Part shown: one piece after another, positions 37,045-50,308 of the stretch
How positions within the stretch are numbered: the stretch's first letter is position 1
Layout of the letters: each line of letters starts with the position of its first letter
Assembly: GCA_033442325.1 (NCBI GenBank)
Contig: JAWQFM010000023.1
Coordinates: 1,156,056-1,220,055 of the forward strand
Length of the DNA: 64,000 nucleotides
Origin: Salpingoeca rosetta
Lineage: Eukaryota > Protista > Choanoflagellata
Direction: 5' to 3'
Notes under the pieces: model-generated
What the model was told of the DNA's origin: nothing
What the model saw: the letters and a program-made list of their open reading frames with translations, nothing else
Databases searched by the model: none
Made by a program: the position numbers and the translations under genes

Positions 37045-39961
37045 TCAATACCAGCTGCTGGCAACAGAAACCAACACAGCAAGCACAAGCACAAGGAAAG
37101 AACACAAGCACAGAAGGTGAACACTGGAGGAAAACAAAAATGGTGCGAGGCAAGAAAGGGCATGTGAGGCCGAGGTAGCTTGCTCTTTGGCCAGACGCAA
37201 CAATTTGATCGCTTTGCCAACCTTCACACCGGCGGTCTTGAGCATCTCCAGGGTGAGCTCGCCCAACTCAACCAGCACAAGCAGATCTTCAAGGGTGTCA
37301 ATGCCGTGCTCCATCAGCGCTGCTTCGACATGCGGCAGCAGCGAGCGGCGGTTGAGCCATTGAATCAACTCGGGCTCAAATGCGCTTGAGGACGGGGACG
37401 AAGGGGTTGCAGGTGGTGGCGTCGAACGGGCCGTGGCAGTGGAGATCGAGGAAGATGACTGCACGGCAGACAAGTTAGAGGGGTGGAGTGAGCACGCGTG
37501 CCAAGCGGAAGAGGGGAAGGAGTGGATCATGGGTGCATGGGTGCATGGGTGCATGTCTGCACGAACTCACACACCATACCTGCGTGGATCGCCGCGCGGC
37601 TGCTGGTCCCTTCACTGCATGCTCCTCGCTCCTCGCGGAGACGATGACCTGGCGCACCTTCTCTGCAATGTCGCGCAGCTGCGACGTGCGGTCCACGCCG
37701 GCATCCACCGCAATCACTGCGTCAATGTCAAACAGCGACAGCACCACTTTGCGCACGCTCTTGTGCCGCTGTGGCGGTGGCAGGCGCAGCACCTGGGAAA
37801 AGAACTGGTCCAGCGCTGACGCCGTCTCCTTGCTCACAACATCCGGCAACTTCGTTGCCAGCCGCTTCAGGCGGTCAAACGAGTCGTACTCGCTCACTTC
37901 CGCCGCGCTCATAACATGGTGGTTGCTGTCGTGCCAGCCACTGCCAACGAAGAGCGGGACGATGCGGCGAAGGCGGATGTTGTCTGGATGCTGGCGAGCA
38001 AGCTGCTGCAGCTCCAGCATCGCCATCCACTCCAACAGCACGTTGTCGCACGTGTCAGTGTGGCCGAGCGAGCGCATCTGATGGATGGCACCGACGGAGA
38101 CGACGGGGCAGGCGACAGCACTGTTGTGCAGGGCTGTCATGCACGCGTGCTTGAAGTTGACGCCTGTCTCCAAGTTGTTGGCGTCCACAAAGGTTACCAG
38201 TCCGTGCTGCTCCAACTTTGGGTACAATGTCATCACCAAACCCCGGTTGCCGCGTTGCCTGTGACGTGGTGGTTGAATGTCGAAATCAGAAAGGAAGAGA
38301 GCGGGAAGGAAAGACGCCCAGTTCGCACCATACACACATACACACATACACACACGCACACACAAGTCCCACCTGTAGCTGATGAAGGCATCGTATTTGC
38401 CCTGCTGACCCATAACTGGCAAGAGTGGACCATACTTGGCGACCAGATCCCCTGGTGACAGCAGCTGTGAGCGGCCAACGCGAAGCGCTTTCTTGTTCAT
38501 GTGATGGGTGTGCACGTCCTCGAAGAACAGCAGTCTGGTGTCATTGAATGGCAGCAACAACGTGGCCTTGAGCTCGGGGTAGCGCTGCGTGACAGCTGTT
38601 GTGATGGTGTCGTACAGCATGTGCAGCAGCGTGCGAGGACGTGCAGTCATGACCTTGATCTTGATGCCGCCAACAGCCGGCACGAGCTGTAATTCGATCT
38701 CAGCCACGTCCATGAAGATTACGGCGTCTGTCCGGCTCAACATGGGCGGTTCCGTTGCACCATGCTGCATGTGTGCCATCACGCGTGCCAGAACCATCGG
38801 GAACAGGCCCTCTGGCAGGAAGGAGGCTTGCTGCGTGTCTGCAATCTTGGCGCTTACACCCCTCTTGAACTCCCTCAGGCTGAAGGCGACGTAGGCTGTC
38901 TTCTCCTCATATCCAGCGTATGGATTGGCCTGCTGTGCTGCTGCCGTGCTCAGAGTCACCGACGACGACGCCTGTTCATCCTCCAGCGTCATCGGCAGGA
39001 TGGCTGGGACAAGGAATTGTTGGTGGTGGTGCTGCTGCTGTTGAGGGCTGGACAGCCGCACCATTGGTGCCGTGTAGTCGACACACAACCCGTACTCCAT
39101 CATGAGTTGGAGGAAGGGCTCAATCGTGCCACCTTCCAAGTCCTTCCACAGCACATCCAGCAGGCGACGGTGCAGGATGCCGCGGTCAACCAGGTCGTCC
39201 CACAGCTGCGCACCAACGGCCCTCGCCTCGCCATCCCGCACATCGTGATGCAGATCAAAGTTTCGGATGACGCGGGTCATCGTGTCCACCGCCCACTGCG
39301 GGCTCAGGATCACATAGTCGTCCATGCCAGGCACGCTGTCGTAGTACAATACCATGGAGTACAGGTGCAGGAACTGGAGGCAGGCCTTCGTCTCCTGGCG
39401 TGTGCGCAGCCCACACGTGTGCGCAATCTCCACCACCTCGTCAAACGTCAGCAGCGGTCGCTTCTCGTCGCGGGCGATGGCATTGAGCTTGTCATAGAGG
39501 TGGAGGTACGGCACAGCCACCTCCTGGCTCACGTACTCCTGCGCCAGTGCTGTGGAGGAGATGGTCTGGCGCAGGTCCTGGATCATGGGATCATGGATGG
39601 ACTGGGTGTTGTCGACGGGCCAGAACCACAGACCATGCTTTTCGTTGTGGATGACGCCAGGGAAAGCGGGGTTGTGGCGCAGGCGGCTGTAGATGCCACG
39701 CGAGATGTTCTCGTGCTGTTTCCGCTGACTAACCACATCAGCGAAGGTGCCGACGATGAGGACGGGTGCGCCCTTTGCGTGGAGGTGGAGGGAGGAGAGC
39801 CAGTGCTCCATAAACTCCCACGTCTCGGTCCGCTTGCTCTCGTCTTGGTGCAACAGGTCCTCCATGGAGAACACCAGCAGGTACACCGCGTACCTGGTGT
39901 GGGTTGTATGTGTGGTGGGGGGGGGGGTTGGAATATATTGGGGTGAGTGAGTGAGGAGGCC

Positions 39962-40027
<66 letters not shown>

Positions 40028-40579
40028 GGCTCACTTGGTGAGGAAGAAAGGGTGGAAGATGTAGAAGGTGGACTGGCCGCCCAGGTCAAACACCTTGAAC
40101 GTGACGCGCGCTTTGCCCTCGCCCATGACGGCGTCCACGTTGAACTCTTTGATCGCTTTCTCCATTTCCTCCGCAGACATGCCGGTTGTGGCAGTGGTGC
40201 TGTTGTCACGCGCAGCAGCATCACTTTGGCTGGAAGGGTTTAGGGTGGTCTGCTTCTTGGGTGCAGACGCACACATGTGAGACGGCTTGCTGGGCTTTGG
40301 GACAGTCGCTGGCGACGTGCGGGAGGATGGCCGTGACCGCGTCTCCTTCGCATTCTGTAACTGCTCCTTCTTCGACTTTGAACCCGTCGCCTTCTCTGCC
40401 TTCTCGGCTTCTTGTTGCCGCTGTTGGTGCTGGTGCTGGGCAACGCGGCTCTCCAAGTCGGCCTTCGCCTTCATCATCGCCTGCTTCATCTGCAAGTCCA
40501 CGCCAGATTCCTGCACCAGCGCCGTGCCGCAGAGGCTGCGCATCAACTCCGAGATCTCCGCATCCAGCTCCTGCAAAGG

Positions 40580-40666
<87 letters not shown>

Positions 40667-43600
40667 TGAGGGGATGATCGTGTCAACCACCACCTCTTTT
40701 CACACCCAGGCGTCGCACACATCACATGCTCGCACCAGACAAGGGTACACACCTGCCAGTCGTGAACGTCCATGGACTCGACGATAACGGCGAGGTCAGT
40801 TGTGGCGGCGCCATGCGTGGAGTGCTCGTGTTTGTTGAACATGTGACCCATGAGCGAGTGAAACGTGCTGGTTTTGCCGGCGCGCCCTTGGCCAATGAAG
40901 ATGAGCTTGGCCCTGCTAGCCATGGTCGCGTTGAAGCGCGCAATGATCTCCCGCATGTGCTGCTGGAGGCGCTCCTTGCGCCCCTGCTCGGGCTGGTGAT
41001 GATGACGTGGCGGCGGCGGTGGTGGTCATGGTGATGATGGTGTGAGTGAGCGCGCGTCATCATGTTGGGGAAGCAGATCATACCGGTGATCAAAATTTGT
41101 ACAATGGGATGCACACATGCACATGCGTTGTACCATCTCTGATCACTCACGTCTGACGCTGCTGTAATTTCTTGCTTGGGTTTGGTGGAAGGGGTGGACG
41201 CACGTGGGTCTTTTGTGTTCTGCTGCTGCTGCTGGCTGCCTGGGTTGAGCCCCTCGATGCTGGTGATGGCAGTGTGGCCACTGGCCGTTGCTACATAGTG
41301 AGGAGTTTCTCCCTGCCAGTGTGAAGATATGGCAGAATGTGATGAGGGGAGGGAAGAACACAGACCAGTAAGCAGTGCCACACCACCGAACTTGACACAC
41401 GAAAAGAATCTCACCTGCTTGTTCTTGACGGAAGCATCCGCGCCCTTCTCGAGGAGCAGCTTAACAATGGCGGGCTGGTTGTGCCTGCAGGCAACATGTA
41501 GCGGCGTGTCGCCCTGTGGTTGGGTCGTGGACGATGGGAGTGGGGAAGTAGGGCAAGTGGTGAGAATTCCTGGCAACATACACACAGCTCGCTGCACGAA
41601 TGCACCACCCGCTTCACAAGCACGAGCACACATATGCACACGCACCTGTTCATCTTGTTGGTCTACATCTGCGTGGTCCTGTTCAACGAGGGAGGTGACG
41701 GCTGCGACATTGCCGGCCTTGCAGGCAGTGAGCATGTACTCGTGCGGTTGCTGCTCGTTGTCTGCAGCTGCACCCTGTCGCTGGTCTGCTTGGTCGCCGT
41801 GGGTAGTGTCGTGTTGCTTCTTCTTCTTCGCCTCGCGGGCTTCATTGAAAGCGGCCTTGCCCTCATCGTCGAAGGGCCTGTGATTCCACATAAGATGAGA
41901 CGCAAGCATCACGCAGAATGTGAGAGGAGAAGGGTTGAGAGAAGAGAGAAAGCGCATGACAAGAAGGGAAGGGCACGCGAGGACTGACCAGTCGCCTGTG
42001 TCGATCTCGCGGTCGACGGGCAGCGCGGCACCAAAGGCGCGAGCAGTGGCGGGGGAGTTCTTGCAAACCCTGAACATGGGGACACGTGGGGGATGTGTGT
42101 TGGTTGAGGGGGAGGGAGCAAGTGTGGTGCGTGGGTCAGGAGGGCTAGTGGTTTTGGAGAAATGCAAGGCAAGCAGGGAGCAGCGTGTGTTGTGGCATGT
42201 ACTCAGAGTGGTGATGAATCACATTGCCCACAACGAGACACAAACGTGCATCAGGTAAGTGCACCACACCACAATCAACCAACCAGAGCCGTTTCAGCGT
42301 GCGATTCTGGTCCAGGGCGGCTCCCAGCGCCGCACCGCCAGCTGGGGTGATGGAGTTCTTTCTCAAGCTGCAAGTGGCCAGCAGTACATGTGGGAAGAGA
42401 ACGCAAGCACGGGGAGAGGAAACGGGAAGTGAGGGAAAAGCAACAAGGATCAGTGTCATGGATGAACGTGGGTTGTGGATGAATCACGTGCGTACAACTT
42501 TGAGTTGCAATGGCACAAGGGCAATGACAGTTGCACAAGATATATGGCAGCACGCATGTCACAGTGCTTGATGGATTTTGGGGGGGGGGGCATTGCTTTG
42601 CGCAACAAGCACCCAGCAGAAGCGTTGTGCATGGCTGGCTGTGCTTCGATTAGTTCATGGGTCCTCCAGGAACAACGACAGAGGCACTGCACCACACGGT
42701 TCTTCCACTCACGAGAGTATGTCGAGAGCCGTGTTGTGCTTCAGCATTTCTGCCAACGCCACGGCGCCGGGGTCGCCGATGGAGTTTTGTCCTAGACTGT
42801 GCACACAAGAGAGAAGAGGAGTGGGTGATTGATGTCAGCATACTCGATGGTGACGAGGAGTGGTGACTGGGTGCCAAGAATATGGGGTGGTAAGCAGCTG
42901 TTGAGTTCACCCCACCACACATGTGCATGCGCACATCCACAGCACGGCGCATTGTGCAACAGGCAGTGAGGCAGCCCATTTCCATCCACACATGAATGTG
43001 TGTTCACACTCACCCGAGTGTTGTCATGGTCGTGTTGTGTTTCAGCACCTCCGCCAACGCCACAGCGCCCTCATCGCCAATGGGGTTGATTCCCAGGCTG
43101 TCAATGTGATATCATGCCACACAGGGCAAAGATGTCACATGGGTGAGCAAGAGTGAATGCGTGACGATTCACGTGGTGTGGCAACAGTCGTTGAACCCAC
43201 CCACCGCGCATGCGCATGCGCACACCCACAACACGTGACAAGGTGCAACGCCAGTGACGCAGCGCATTTCCATTCATATATACATGTGTGTGCACACTCA
43301 CATAAGTGATGTCATGGTCGTGTTGTGCTTCAGCATCTCCGCCAACGCCACAGCGCCTTTGCCGCCGATGGAATTGTTGTGCAGGCTGTTAAGGTGGTAT
43401 GATGCCACGCAGGGTTATGATGCCACATGGGCGAGGAAGCGTGAGTGCGTGATGATCGCTGTAGGTGGCAACACAGTCATTGAACTCACCCACCACACAT
43501 CACACGCGCATGCGCACACCCACAGAACAGCACGTCATCAACATGCAACATGACGCAGCCCATGTCCAACCATATGTGCACGTGTGTTCACACTCACTAG

Positions 43601-44218
43601 AGTGTTGGCATGGTCGCGTTGTGCTTCAGCATCTCCGCCAATGCTGAAGCGCCTGCATCGCTGATGGCATTGTAGTTCAGGCTGTCAACACGGAAGGGGG
43701 GGGGGGTCAAAGCACGTGCCATGAGCACACAAAGAAGAGAAGAGGATGGTCAAGAACCAGCATTAACAGCTAGACAGCTCAACCAAAACTGCATGCCACG
43801 CGCAGTCCCACATCACCACGTACTCAAGCTTGTTGAGGCAGGTGTTGTCCTTGAGCGCCTGTGCCACCGCCTTCACCCCACTGTCGCCGAGGCCAGCCCC
43901 ATAAAAGCTGCCAGTCAACATATGCCGAAAGCAAGAGACAAGCAGGCCATACGTCACAGACGGCTATGGCGATCGTGGTTGAAGTACACGACAAGCATAG
44001 CAACAAGACAAGCAGAGAGCAGACCATGCAGGGTGCACGCTGTACTCCAACACAGCAATGGCCGTTTTGGTATTCACTTACTCCACTTCCTTCCCACACA
44101 TGTTGTTGGCGATGGCCCTGATCTTGTCCTTCACCGATTTCTCCCTCCACGCTAGCAATTTCGTCTGCGCCAGCAAGGTCTCCACCTCCTCCCTCGCCCT
44201 CTTCTCTCCGCCGGACAT
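37045..44218 (-). CDS. ROCO-family protein: RI-like LRRs, ankyrin repeats, ROC GTPase, COR, TIR, SAM, hydrophobic C-terminal tail; multi-exon
   Basis: LRRs of the form LxxNxIGDxGAxALAEMLKHNTT. ANK GDTPLHVACRHNQPAIVKLLLEKGAD. ROC motifs KLIFIGQGRAGKTS, FKVFDLGGQSTFYIFHPFFLT, VLIVGTFAD. COR motifs LQFLHLYSMVLYY, VILSPQW, FLVPAILP, FLPEGLF. TIR YDAFISYR...TFVDANNLETG...DNVLLEW. SAM WLNRRSLLPHVEAALMEHGIDTLEDLL...LKTAGVKVGKAIKLL. Confidence 0.9.
42284..43907 (-). repeat. Array of six 84-nt, phase-2/phase-2 LRR exons (43907-43824, 43681-43598, 43385-43302, 43097-43014, 42796-42713, 42367-42284) with partly homologous introns
   Basis: Each exon is exactly 84 nt between AG and GT. Introns 43386-43597 and 43098-43301 align by eye (tgatgccac..., ggcaaca..., gcgcatgcgcacacccaca, cactcac). 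Confidence 0.9.
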
Positions 44219-47149
44219 AGCTGGCTGTTGCTCCTGCTGAGTTGAAGGTGGAGCGTACGGGTCTTCTCTTCCCCCTCTCTGCCTCGCTGTTTGTCTGCTC
44301 TTCTGTCTGCTCCTCTCTTCTGTTGCTTGTCTGCTCCTCTCGCTTGCTTGCTTGTTTGGTGCTTGTGTGACTGGGGTGCTGTGACCTCTGCTGTGACTGG
44401 GAACGACGCAGAATGGAGTTGGAGAGGACACACCACAAACCAAAACAACCCACACACGCCTGCTTGCAGTGCTTGCTTCTTCCCTTCTCTTCTGCTGTTG
44501 CTTGCTGTGTGTCTTTCTTGGGGCGTTTCCCCCACAAACACTCCGCACCCCACGAAAAGTACATCAAGACTTCCACCATCCCTCCTCCTCTCGCGCAGCC
44601 ACGAAAATTCCCCATATCTTCCTCCACAAAGCAGCCGGCCAGCTGTCCTTTCCTTCTTCTCCTTTGTTTGTTTTTCCCTTCTTGTTGCTGCTTGCTGCTT
44701 CTTGCTTGCTTGCTGTGTGCAGCAAACAAAACAACCACAACGACCACCACTCTCAACAAACCAGCCAGCCAACCAGCCAGTGGACGAGTTTGATTGTGCT
44801 GCAGTGCCAGAGTGCCTCCTCTCTCCTCTCCCCTCTCCCCTCCTCTCTGCTCTACTCTGCCTTGGTGGAAGCGCTGCTCCATGCCAAGTACAGAAGTGTG
44901 CACCACTTCCTTTCCTTCCCTTCTCTTCTCCTTCTCTCTCCCACTGACTGGTGTGTGACTGCACAACCTCCACCGACCCACAGCACCATTTCCCTTCCTT
45001 CCCTCCTGCTTCCTTCCTCCGTCCCCTCAACCCGTGTCTCCCCCCTTCCCTCTCCAACCCACACTCAAATCTCACTCAAAACAACCATCAGCCACCATTG
45101 CACCCCATGCATGGATCAGCGGCAGTGGCTACGCCCGCCGATATGGTGGCGACCAGAATGAATAGCCATCTCCCCCTCTTTGCTCGCCAACACAGCAGCA
45201 GCAGCAGCATGGGCTGAGAACGACAAGGAGGAGGAGGTGGTGGTGTGAATCGCATGAGAAGAGCCGTGCAAGATCCTCCTTAGCCTGCTGCCCCTCACGA
45301 CGATGTTGGACACTCCCTTCCTGACTGAAAGCTGGCTAGCGGGCAAACTGGCTGGCGACGGCATCGTCGATGCATGAGGAGACCATGTCAGTGACAAGTG
45401 GCAGCGGCATCCTTGCTTGTGAGTGAGTCCACACGTGTTTTGCCTTCTGATGATCATTTGCTTCCATGTGATGGCCTGCACGCAGCTCCCTCGTGTGTGT
45501 TCTCCACATCACCTGCGTTGATGCACACACACACACCTCACTCACTCACTCTTGCTGGTACTGCCTTGCGCGTGCGTGGATTTGTGTTGTGAACCACACA
45601 AGCAGGTTTGATGGACGTGCACAGCAGCGTCGACTTCTTTCACCTGACACCATCGTGGTGGTGCTGGACGCGTTCTGCTTCATCACACAGGCCATCCGCG
45701 AGACACGGTGCAAACGACAACAGCACCACCAGCTAACAAGGACGGCAACCAAGTGCAGCTGACACTGGAGGGACTTGCTCGAAGGACTGGTGCGAGGCGT
45801 TCAAGTACAGCAACAACAACAATAGCGCCATGGACTGACCCGCTTTGTGTGTCTTCTTTGCCCTGCAGCACCCTGACACACAGTGGTGGCTGGTGGATGC
45901 CTGCGGCCTTGTTGTCGTTGTTGTTGGTGCAGGCCACCTTGCATTTAGCTGGTTGGCTGCACTGCAAGTGGCACCATGCGATGTGGCTGTTGTCTTGAGC
46001 AGCGCTGTGTTCTGTTTCTGCTGTCCTCTCTTGCTTGGATAGAAGGTGACGTGGTGGGACATGTGCATGTTGGTGTTGACTGTGTGCCCGTTTGAGGGCT
46101 GTTGTCGTTTCTTCATGTCTTGGCTCTGTCCCCCATGTATTGTTGTTGGGAAACGATTGAACATGCAAGATGGAATCACCGCAACACGGCAATCAACAAC
46201 CAAACACACAACACTGGCAAGGGAGAGTGGCAGAGCAGAGAGAACAGCAAGAAGGAAGGCAGGGAGGAAGGAAGGAAATTGAGTATGCACGGCGTGCATG
46301 TGAACAAACAGCCAACGCAGTGGCAACAACAACGACGCATCATCAAACACCGCATGACACACTGCAACGCTGCTCTGTCGATGGTCGACCTGCAGGAAGA
46401 AAGAGATGCACGCGTGCACCAGCCACGACGCGGTGGCTCTTCAGATGGGAAGTGATTTGATTGGCAGCCGTCTCGTCATCGCCGTCATCGATGTGCGCAC
46501 ATGCAATTGCACAGCCAGCCACAAAGGAAGGAAGAGTCGCTGCGTGCCATGCACCCCACATACATCCACCTCCTTCTTCACTGTCGTTGTCGCTCATCGC
46601 AGCAGCTGCTGCTGCCAGCGGTGGCACCAACAACAGCCAGTACACGCGTGCCCACCAGAAGCACAGTGCCCACTTCCTTGCTGTTGCTGGAACTAGTGAG
46701 GAATGCAAACACAATCACCACCACCACCACCACCACCACATCAGCTGTCGTTGCTGTTGCAATGGCGTGCACCACCACCACACCACCACTGCTGCTGACG
46801 TCTCTCCCAACAACACCATGGTGGTCCAAGAGCCAACAGCATCCGATGCCTTGAGCTCGTTGCTGTCGTTGTCAGTGGTGGGTGGTGGCAGCAGTGCTGG
46901 GATGATGATGAAGATGTGGGAGGTGAAGGTGGCATGTGCTGGCAGCACTCGATCACAACAGGTGCAATGATCGTGGCTGCTGTGGATGTCCTGGTGGGGC
47001 AATGCGGCGTCCACGAGAACTGGCAAGCGCGCGTGCGTGCGTGTGAGGCCCCCAGCAGTTGCTGTGTGTGATGGGTCGAATCGCGTGTGCACGCGTGCAA
47101 TCAAAGGGACGAATTGTCCAGGAACGCGTCGGCCTCGCACGGCGATGCG

Positions 47150-50062
47150 GTGGAGCCCATGACGGTGACGTCGCCAGAGACGGATCGGCTGAAGAGGAGC
47201 GCGTAAAGCCCTCGTTGAGGGAGGCGACGGTGGCGATGATGGACCCCTGGCGCAGGTCGATGCGCACAATCAATCTGCGACGCGTCCTGCGTCGTGTTGA
47301 TGGACTGCACCAGTGCGACCTCAAACGCCTCGCGACCCGACTGCGTGCCGACAAGGGCGTTGAACTTGGCATCAAAGATGAGCGAGACAGAGTACGCGGG
47401 TACACACGCACGGTAGGAGCACTTCAAACTGTTCCGCTGATGGTGGCGCAGGGGCGGTCCGTCGTGGCCGTGGGCGCCGACACCTCGTACTCCGTATCCT
47501 GGCACGAGTGCGCACGCGCTGGCACTCGCGGGCGTTGACCAGCGACGGCGAAACGAGCTCGTACATTGTTTGACAGGCACTGCGTCCACAGTGAGCAGAT
47601 GCCTGTAGTTCTGCGTGGGCGTGAGCGGGCGCGAGATGAACGTGGTGTTGTTGGGGCACGTGCGGCCCATCTGGCACTCGCGGTCCGTGCTGATGGTGGG
47701 TGCGGCTGTCTCAAACGAGCGAGGTTCGCAGGGCGAGACACGCGCGTGCAGAAGTCCGTGTTGCTGTCGCGGTAGAACAGGGCCTCGATGCAGCGGCGGT
47801 ACTGGCGGTCCGTGAAGATGGTGGGGCGCATGGGAGGGCGCACCACTTCCTCGTAGTCGAGGTCGCACTCCGTCACAGGTGTGCAATCACGCTGGCCAGA
47901 GAGCGCGGCAAAGTCCACGCCAACCTGGCACGGCGTGCACGGTATGTGCTGGCGTTGCAGTCCAGGTCGGCGGTGCCGGCCGGGCATAGGAACTGCTCGC
48001 AGGAGCCGATGGAGCCCGCCGGCACATAGTGGCCGTAGGGCCACGGCTGGCAGGCAGTGAGCGGGTTGCGGTCGTGGTCGGTGCTGCCGATGGGGCACGG
48101 CTCGCACTTGGCATCGGAGGTTGAGGTGGGCGCACGCATGCGCTGCTCGCCAGGGTCGCACTTGGCGATGAGGTGGCACAGGCGGTGCGCTCGTACTCCG
48201 TCGACGGGTTGCACTGGGTCAGGTCGCGGCAGTTGTGGTCCGTGGTAGGCGTGGGGGCGGGGAACAGCTCAAACTCGAGAACTGGTCCTGGTCGCACACG
48301 TCGAGCGTCGTGCACCCCGTGTCGTCGCTGGTGGCGGTGCATGGCGCGCTGCGGTACTGCTCATCAGAGCATGTGCTGCACTGCTGGCGCGACACGTCGT
48401 TCTCCGAGTCGCAGGCGCGCAGGATGTATGTGTTTGGCGGGCACGCTGAGCAGCCGGCGCACTGCACGTCCTCCAGCGCAGAGCAGGCGTGAATCTCGTA
48501 GCGGCCGCTTGGGCACTCGGAGCACTCCAGCGTACTCGCGGTCAGAGTCGAGCGTGGGCACCTGGCTCTGGAAGGTGCCAAACTCGCACTCGCTCACGGC
48601 CGTGCGTGGAAATGTACACCCAGGCAGTGCAACGCGTCACGCCCACGCACGTGTCCTGGACGTACTTGCGGCAGGGGCGGTCGTGCTGGCGTGTGGGTTC
48701 ACAAAGCGAATATCTCTTCCTCATCTGGACCGCACTGCGTGACGGGGCGGCATGACTCGGCCTGGCCGTCGACGGGCTTGAAGGTGGCATCAAGCTCACA
48801 CTGGCTGCGCACGCGGTCGCTCGTTGGGGTGGACTCGGCCGTCTCCTCCTCGCCGGCATCGCACGTGGTGACGGGGAGGCAGGGCACGCCCTGGCTGGCC
48901 AGAGACAGCCTTGTACGTGCCCTCCGGGCACTCGTCGCAGACACGGTCGCTGATGAGGAGTGTCATGGCCTGCACCTCCTCAAACCCCGGGCGCGCACTC
49001 CGTGACGTCCTTGCACGTGGTGGCAGGGTCGCTGTCGTGGTGGTGGGAGCCGGTGCGGCAGGTGAAGCTGGAGCAGGAGCTGTGGGAGCCCACCTCCGTG
49101 TACTGGCCGGTGGGGCACATGTGTCAACCCGTGGAGCCGTCACTGTCCGAGTCGATGGCGCCGGCCGGGCAGTCGCGGCGCACGCGGTCCGAGGAGTAGT
49201 GGGTTGGCGCGGAGATCTCCTCCTGGCCGCGCTCGCACTCCTCAACGGGCCCGCACTTGCTGCCGCCAATGGATGCGGAGAACTCCGTCACGCCGTCGCA
49301 TGGTCGACAGTCGGCCGAGTCGGCGTCGTAGACAAGGATGAAGCCTGCGCTGCACTCGCACGTGTCTGTGCAGCCTGTGCAGGAGCGGCGTGCCTCGTCG
49401 GCATCCATCTGGCAAATGGTGTCGCGGATGCCATCCTCGCCTGGTTGGAGCAGCACGTCAAGCACGACGTCGAGCTGCTCGTCCGTGGGGTCGGCGCACA
49501 CCATCTCCTCAAACAGCTGCGTGATGAGCTTGTTGCAGGTGAGTGTGTCGCAGGAGCACAGGCAGTCTGTGGTGAGCGTGGGCGGGATGGTCTCGATGAA
49601 GGGCTCCTCGCACGCACTGGTGGGTAAGCACGAGGCGCGGTCCGGCAGAGGTTGGTACTCCATGCCAAAGGGTGCAGCTCACGCATGCACGGTCGCGCAC
49701 GGCGTTGCCAGAGACAGACTCCTTCTGGCCCGGCTTGCACTCGGTCCAGGGGGAGCAGACGGCGTCGGAGGACGCGGAGCATGGGGTGGAGGCCCAGGTA
49801 CCCATGCCGCACGTGGTGCATGGCACGCAGCGGTGGTCCTTGGCGTAGTAGTTGAGAGGGCAATGGGCAATGCACGACTGTTAAGGTTGCCGTCACACAG
49901 GAGGCAGTCGGTGGCGTCTGGTGGGGTGACACTTGGCGCACGCGTGAAGTGGTACTCAGCACACGCGTTGCCGAGCTCATGCCCGCCGTCGGGGCACTCG
50001 CTGATGCAGCGGCCGTTATTGGAGGTGAGGGTTGCGTCCGCAGGCCGTGCACTCATCGATGC
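47150..50062 (-). pseudogene. Decayed Cys-rich cell-surface protein (furin-like/TNFR-like T-x-T-S-D-R-x-C repeats, SEA-like module)
   Basis: Fragments CISECPDG, PTSDRV, TISTDREC, CSACPPNTYILRACDSENDVS, VRIDLRQGSIIATV alternate among all three minus frames, with many frameshifts and stops. Confidence 0.78.
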
Positions 50063-50204
50063 CTGGTGAGGAAGAGTGTGGGAATGGAGGGGAGGATGGG
50101 AGGATGGGGTGAGAGGCAATGGCAACACTGTTGTGAGGTGTTGAGGAACCGTGCACCGCTTCATCTTCTCAAGGACACAAAACTCAAAAGAGACTTTGAG
50201 GACA

Positions 50205-50288
<84 letters not shown>

Positions 50289-50308
50289 GCCAGCACAAGT
50301 CAACGTAC

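Noticed and set aside
42713-43681. Regularly spaced similar units that could be taken for a CRISPR array or transposon repeats
   Set aside because: They are spliced LRR exons with AG/GT borders in a eukaryotic gene. No cas genes, TIRs or TSDs were seen.
44220-46950. ORFs and purine/pyrimidine-skewed repeats upstream of the ROCO gene
   Set aside because: Low-complexity UTR/intergenic sequence and unassignable debris with no family motif.
47150-50062. Programmed frameshifting or RNA editing to rescue the Cys-rich gene
   Set aside because: The lesions are numerous and irregular, include lost cysteines and stops, and neighbouring genes are decayed too.
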